Origin: the human T2T-CHM13v2.0 reference genome, Homo sapiens
DNA length: 64,000 bases
Reading direction: 5' to 3' (one strand)
NCBI RefSeq assembly: GCF_009914755.1
Contig: NC_060928.1
The notes beneath the pieces are model-generated. The model made no database searches, was not told the DNA's origin, and saw only the letters and a list, made by a program, of their open reading frames with translations. Below, in pieces: positions 58,211 through 64,000 of this stretch; within the stretch, counting starts at the first letter, position 1; every line of letters starts with the position of its first letter. A program made the position numbers and the translations under genes.

Positions 58211-58369
58211 GTTCAACAGAATCATGTAAACTCCCTTGAAAACATTGTGTTAGATGACAAGACTGCCTTAGACTGTCGGTTGGCTGGAGAAAGGAAAGTG
58301 TGTGTAACAGCTAACACTTCCTGTTGCACTTGGATACATATATCTAGTGTAGTAGAAACTCAGTTGTAA
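58211..58369 (+). pseudogene. ERV env transmembrane relic
   Basis: Translates VQQNHVNSLENIVLDDKTALDCRLAGERKVCVTANTSCCTWIHISSVVETQL*: degenerate immunosuppressive domain plus CX6CC. Confidence 0.88.
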
Positions 58370-58769
58370 AAAAAAAAACTGACAATTCATTTGTTTTAAA
58401 TAAATAGATTTATCTTCTGGCTGATTCTTTGATGTATTTGTTTTTAATCAGTTTTGTTCATGGGGGCCTCGGTTAAAGAGCACGTTTCAACCATTTGATA
58501 TTATCCCTACCAGGTAGTCTCCCTAGTGAGCTATATCCTCATAAGAGTCTTAAATGTTTGTATGTAGCCATCTACTGTGTGTCAAACGGTTTCACTCCGG
58601 TTTTAGCACCAAAAACTTGAAAATAACATAAGTAATTACTCAACTAACTTGACATCATGACTTGTAAATTCCATAACAAATAAGTCCCTTTCGATGGTAA
58701 CAGAGAATGTCATCAAGACCCAAGTTTTTGGTCAGTTTCTCAAGATTGAGAGACTGATCAAAAGGGGAG

Positions 58770-59209
58770 GGTTAATAAACTAAAATAAACAGGAAGCCAT
58801 TAAACTGAGGCTGCCTCTGTATTTCCAGTTTCTATGTAACAAAGTGCAACCTAACTTAGTACATAAATAAACTGAAACCTAACTTAACTTAAAGCTTAAC
58901 TTAAAAGTATAGTTTCAGCTAATCCCAAAGAGCAAAGGTTCAGCCAATCCCAGGCAGCCAACTAATTATACTATGTGCAAATAAGGCAAATGCCTAAACC
59001 ATGCCCCTAAAAGACAGTTCCCTAGCTATAGCAAATCCAGTGATTTACCCACTTTTGTTTCTGCGTTCTACTGTAAAAGCTCACTGCTCATGCTGCTGGG
59101 CAGAAGTCTCTGAACCGTTTTTGGTTCTGAGTGCTGCCTGACTCATAAATTGTCCTTTGCTGAAATAAACTCTGTTCAATTTAATTTGTCTAAAGTTTAG
59201 ATTTTAACA
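58770..59209 (+). mobile_element. MER57-family 3' LTR
   Basis: caaataaggcaaatgcc, agccaatc boxes, and end aataaactctgttcaatttaatttgtctaaagtt...ttttaaca. Confidence 0.8.
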
Positions 59210-59756
59210 CCAAAGTATAGACCTTTTTTTTTTTTTGCCAGAAGGAGGAATTATGTGTTTTAATTTTACAAAGACTTAAAGAAAATCTTTGGCCAGGTGA
59301 TGAGTAAGTTCAACATTATAAAAAGCGTAAGAGAAATTCTGACCTTTCTGTCATAGAGAAGTTGCTGAAAAGGGCAAACCTCTGTCCTAAAAGATGTCAT
59401 GGTTTCACAGAAAACAGAGTAAAAGGCTTGTAGCTTGTTGTAGCAGAAGAATGCCCATTACCATGTACATAACCATGTACAGCAATGCCCATCACACATA
59501 CTAGGGCCTTTTTCCATTTTTTTAGAGATGACATAAATCTCCTGGAATTCTGTACTATTCAGTATAAATGGACAGGAACACCCAAGATTGACTTAATCCA
59601 CATCCATCTTAGTATTATTGATGAGTAAGTGAGGTGCTCACATCATATTAATTTAGAAATTTAAATTATAGTTACCTTTCCTGTACATTAGTTTTGTAAA
59701 ATAAATTCTTATTTACTAATATATTGGATGGCTGCAAATAAGAAAAGTATGTCATT

Positions 59757-60055
59757 GCTTGGGTGCATTGGCTCATGCCTGTAATCCTAGCACTTTGGGA
59801 GGCTGAGGCGGGCGGATCACCTGAGGTCAGGAGTTCGAGCCCAGCATGGCCAACATGGTGAAACCCTGTCTCTACTAAAAACACAAAAATTAGCTGGGCG
59901 TGGTGGCATGCGCCTGTAATCCCAGCTACTGGGGAGGCTGAGGCAGAAGAATCACCTGAACCCAGGAAGCAGAGGTTGCAATGAGTTGAGCTCACACCAC
60001 TGCACTGCAGCCTAGGTGACAGAGGGAGACTCCATCTCAAAAAAATAATAATAAT
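59757..60055 (+). mobile_element. AluS (Sx-like)
   Basis: Full Alu; approximate TSD aaaagtatgtcattg/aaaaataagtcattg. Confidence 0.95.
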
Positions 60056-61139
60056 AAAAATAAGTCATTGGGGAAATCGGGTTGAAAGAAGGCAAGCAGA
60101 TTGTTTAAATAAGAAAATGTCCCCTTGGTTGGTAAAATGAGACTTGATGGTAATAATGTTAGAATGTTCAGCTTTTCTATGTACAAATAATTTTTGATTT
60201 CCTAAAAGTGGTAAAACTATTTCTTACAGGAAAACAAGAGTAATGAGAAAATATTAGAACAACTGAATGCATTAAGTGGGTACACATTCTACAAAACCAT
60301 TCTCCTTAATGATTTGCCAGACTTATTTTTAACAAAATTTTAGAATTACGTAGAATTAATATAAGTTTAATATACATATTTATTATTCAATAGACACTAA
60401 AGAGGTCTCCTTTTAATAGGCAAGTGAATGGTTATTTGTGAAGCTATTTCAAATTCATTGTATAGATGTCTCAGTGATTTTAATGATGACTAGGGACATA
60501 TTTAATTTAAGACATACTCTAATTTTCAAAAATAACCTACACTCTATATTCAATTAGGCATAAAGATAATTTTTAAAGTTGCATGGTTACTTTCTACCTG
60601 AAGTATACATTGCAGTTTTCTACCTAAAATATAATACAACTTTTAGTAATCTTGTTAGCTCAAAGAAAAACATTAATCAAATGTTGAGATCAAAAAAATA
60701 AATTCAAACTGTAATATAAACTAATCAAGTATTTTACCATTAAATTTTGAGGTACATAAAAACAAGTACAAAATTAAGTGTGATAAGCTGTAGTAAATTC
60801 ATTACATATCTTTGGAAATACTTTCCCATATTGTATAGTAATTTCAAGTTTGAAATGTGACAATCAAATTTTCAGTAATCTGGGGAAGCATGATTCTTTT
60901 GAAAGCAAATAAACAAGTACAACTATTATTTTTATACCTATAGAAATATACTATTGATGGGATTTAAATTCTTCTATATATACCAAAACAGGACTTAAAA
61001 ATCATGAACAAAAGACAAATGGTCTTTCTTTTTCTAATAGAGGCATGCTAAGTTACTGGAATTAGCCAATGGAGTGTATGTTTAAACACAAACAAGCAAA
61101 CAAATGAATAAAACTGAAAAACAACATATCAATGAGATA

Positions 61140-61500
61140 ACAAGAAGAAACCCACAAATTTAATTGACATCCAGAAAAATTGAAGATAAAGAGAAAAACA
61201 TAAAAGCAGACCAAAACAATTACCTTCACTTGGCCGACATCTGACGGCCAGGAGACAGTAAAATATCTTCAATCTGCTGGAAGAAATAAATTTGCCTACC
61301 TAGAATTCTATAATTGGTGACAATATTTGGAGGAACAATGGCATTGACATAAACTAAGAGAGCTCACTACCAGGAGACCCACAGTAAAGGGAATTATAAA
61401 GGATGTGTTTTAGGTAGCAGGAAGTTACTCCAGGAGAAGGTATGTGTTATAAGAAATAATAAAGAACAAAAAGCTGAAATAATACCAAGGTAATCAAAGA
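61140..61500 (+). mobile_element. Old L1M ORF1-region fragment
   Basis: aagataaagagaaaa...taaaagcag, ccaggagacagt...tatcttcaa, cctagaattctata resemble the ORF1 C-terminal region. Confidence 0.55.
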
Positions 61501-63224
61501 TAAATAATCACTATGTGTGTGTATGAATATAATAATGAATACTGATTACTTTTACTTCTCCTTCATAAATATTAGAAAGTGAGAGCAGTGAGTTAATTTA
61601 TAGCTCAAAATTTTGAATTATATCATGGAAAAATAGCCTTCAGAAGTGTTTTACCCTTTTCCTTCAAGTTGTTTGTATTTTTTGATGAGCATGTACATTT
61701 TGGATAATAAAATAGAAATTATAAAACTGATTAAGTACAGAGATTATTATCACCATTAAGAAGAAATGAGTGGAGTTCTAAAATTTAATGAGTTACTCTG
61801 CTAATGTGATTTTTATAGTCATTTTTACAATTTCAGATTAGTTTAGTACTGATGCACATCAAAATATGTTGTAAATGAACAAGGTTAAGTAATCAACATG
61901 CATGACTTCAAATTCTTTAATGTCATTCAAGTAAACTGAAGTAACTTAATAAAATTCATCAAAGGGCTTAATCAGAGTATACTTTTAATAAACGACAGAC
62001 ACAATTCACTTTAAGAAAACTTCATGACCTCCCATATAAATTTAATTTGTTGAGTTACATTATATAATAATTATTGATTGTATATTTGTGTGACTAGTAT
62101 TTAAAAACAAGCTTCTGCTAGCAAAGTTAAATATTTCTAACAAATCATTTGTTTTAAAATAGTGGAGCCTCTAGCCTTTAGCCAGAGGTGTGCATGAATT
62201 CCAAGGAGGAGATTTCTTTGCAAATTTAGTAAAAATTGCTCCTTTCTTAAAAGTGAGTACTCTTATCCATCATCAAACACTGGATTTATATGATTAACAA
62301 ACATCTAATGATTGAATTAGAAATATTAACATCAGCATCACTTTCTAAATATCAAACACTGGATGAAATTTACTAATGTTACTTTATTACTATTTATGAA
62401 CTATTTGACTGAATAGTAAATGCTTGCTTACACATACAATTTCTTTCTTAAGTTTCATGATTGATTACAATATTTCTTAAGATAAATTCTATTTAGTGTT
62501 TCACCTCCCTATTACATATAGCCAACACATTAAACAACTAGACTTTTTCTCCTTAACACTTTTTAAAAGAATTCAAACAATTCATTTTTTTTGAAACATA
62601 TTGTGATAATTCATAAATATCATGGTTTATAATGGTTAAAAAATATCATAGAAAAAAGTATTGCAGAGAGCAGAAATGATTTTGAGCTGATTGGGCATGA
62701 TAAATAGAGGCAAAAGACCATAGGATATGGCAAATAAGGAGAGGACAAAAATCTATTGAGGAAGAGGTATAAGTTGTGAAGAAATCATAAATTAGGTGAG
62801 TTACATACCGCATACTACAATGTAACTTATAAGTGAAGTTGTTTGTCCATTGTTTGGTAAGTAACAGATTAAAAATTGAATTGATGGCAGCAGATATAAA
62901 ATATCATATTTAATCCAAAGAAGAGAGGGAAGGGAGAGAAAGATTATTTAGGAGCCTACTACAATAATCCAACACTGAGGGGTGTTTGCTAGAATAAGTA
63001 AATAAAATACTGTAAATAATATGCTTGTAGTAACAAGAAGAATAAAAGTGATGTGAAGGCTAAAAGTTGCTGCAGGCTTTCTGAAGAACAAATATATTAA
63101 GTGACAATTTCAAATGGGAAGTGAAATGGGGAAAATAAACGGATAACTTTATGTCCTTCAAATATGAAAAAAGGGAAAGTTGAGGTGTCACTAACAGATG
63201 TGAATGACTTAAGAAAAAGGACTC

Positions 63225-63620
63225 ATTGTTCAGTTATTCATGGTTTCAGCAGGTATTTCTTGGCTATCTCCCGTGCACAAGGAATTATGCTATATAATAG
63301 GAATGAAAAACTAAAGAAGAGCAGACATAGTTACTGCCACGGTGGAATTTAAATTTGGTGAGTGAAATGAGCAGTAAATAACCCACACAGAGAAGAGATA
63401 TAAAATTACAATTGCAAATATGCTTATAAAGGAGAGGTTCATGATGTTAGAAAGCACATTATAGGGGAGTTTTGACTTTGTCATGAAGACTGGGAAGAGT
63501 TTTCTGAAGACATGAATACCAAGTTCACTTGGATAGAAATACAGTAGAAAAAAGCAGAAGGCTGTAACCAAACCTTGAGAAATGTCCACAGCTGGACACA
63601 GTACTAAAACGTTTTAGTAA
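63225..63620 (-). mobile_element. L2 3' fragment
   Basis: ttcagcaggtatttcttg...cagacatagt...aattacaattg...aaggagag follows the reverse L2 3' layout. Confidence 0.55.
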
Positions 63621-64000
63621 AAATGACCAGGTGGATATGTTTTGAGACTGAGGAAAAAAATGAGGAATACTTGACAATTTTTTACTAAATGTGACTAAAA
63701 GTCACTGGCCAAATAAAAAGTATACTTAAATTGGAATAAGTTGAATTTGGGCCTTAATTATTTTCATTAACTATGGTACCTTGGTAAGCATTCAGATGAC
63801 AAATGAACTAGCTCGTGATACACTTTACCTTTGCAGCCTTGCATTATAATACAAAATTTTGTACATATAAATTTTACATTTTCCAAATATTGTATCTAGA
63901 ATTTCAAACTACCTGAATCACACAAATAATGAGATTATTCCTGCTATAATTTCTGTTATAACACAATATGATCTCTTCCTGACAAGCATTTTATATAAAT

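Larger units (their letters stand above)
54325..58769 (+). mobile_element. Class I ERV internal region (MER57-int-like) with gag, integrase and env relics
   Basis: gag MA-like WPQWGSF near 54640; integrase-like QSSRSIKRTN...LPWPQVLPLA near 56675-56800; env TM 58211-58369; polypurine tract aaaaggggaggg before the LTR. Confidence 0.85.

Noticed and set aside
62272-62364. 14-bp direct repeat atcaaacactggat
   Set aside because: No poly(A) or recognisable insert between the copies; no interpretable function

Overview
An AT-rich, CpG-poor primate genomic window, most likely hominoid, because it holds an L1PA2/3-type element with the 129-bp 5'UTR deletion. It is dominated by nested transposable elements, and no host protein-coding exon, tRNA, rRNA or CRISPR array can be supported. 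Main components: a full-length but ORF-broken L1PA3-like LINE-1 on the minus strand (44434-50493); a complete LTR-internal-LTR THE1C MaLR inside an older L1; a near-complete Tigger2 DNA transposon; a 5'-LTR-less class I ERV (MER57-like LTR) with gag/integrase/env relics; solo LTRs (THE1B, MER21, MER50, MER52, MSTA/MSTB, several MLT1); 11 Alu elements or fragments; a MADE1 MITE; and ancient L1M/L2/MIR fragments. The most unusual signal is at the L1PA3 ends: two nested direct repeats that read as the donor locus's own TSD carried at both ends (short 5' and 3' transductions, with cap-type extra Gs). Other signals are an open, extended ORF0 with both splice donors, perfect palindromes that look like template-switch scars, and several AG|GT recursive-splice-like sites on the + strand. 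I found no convincing wholly new biological system. Subfamily names come from remembered consensus sequences, and boundaries of old elements are approximate.
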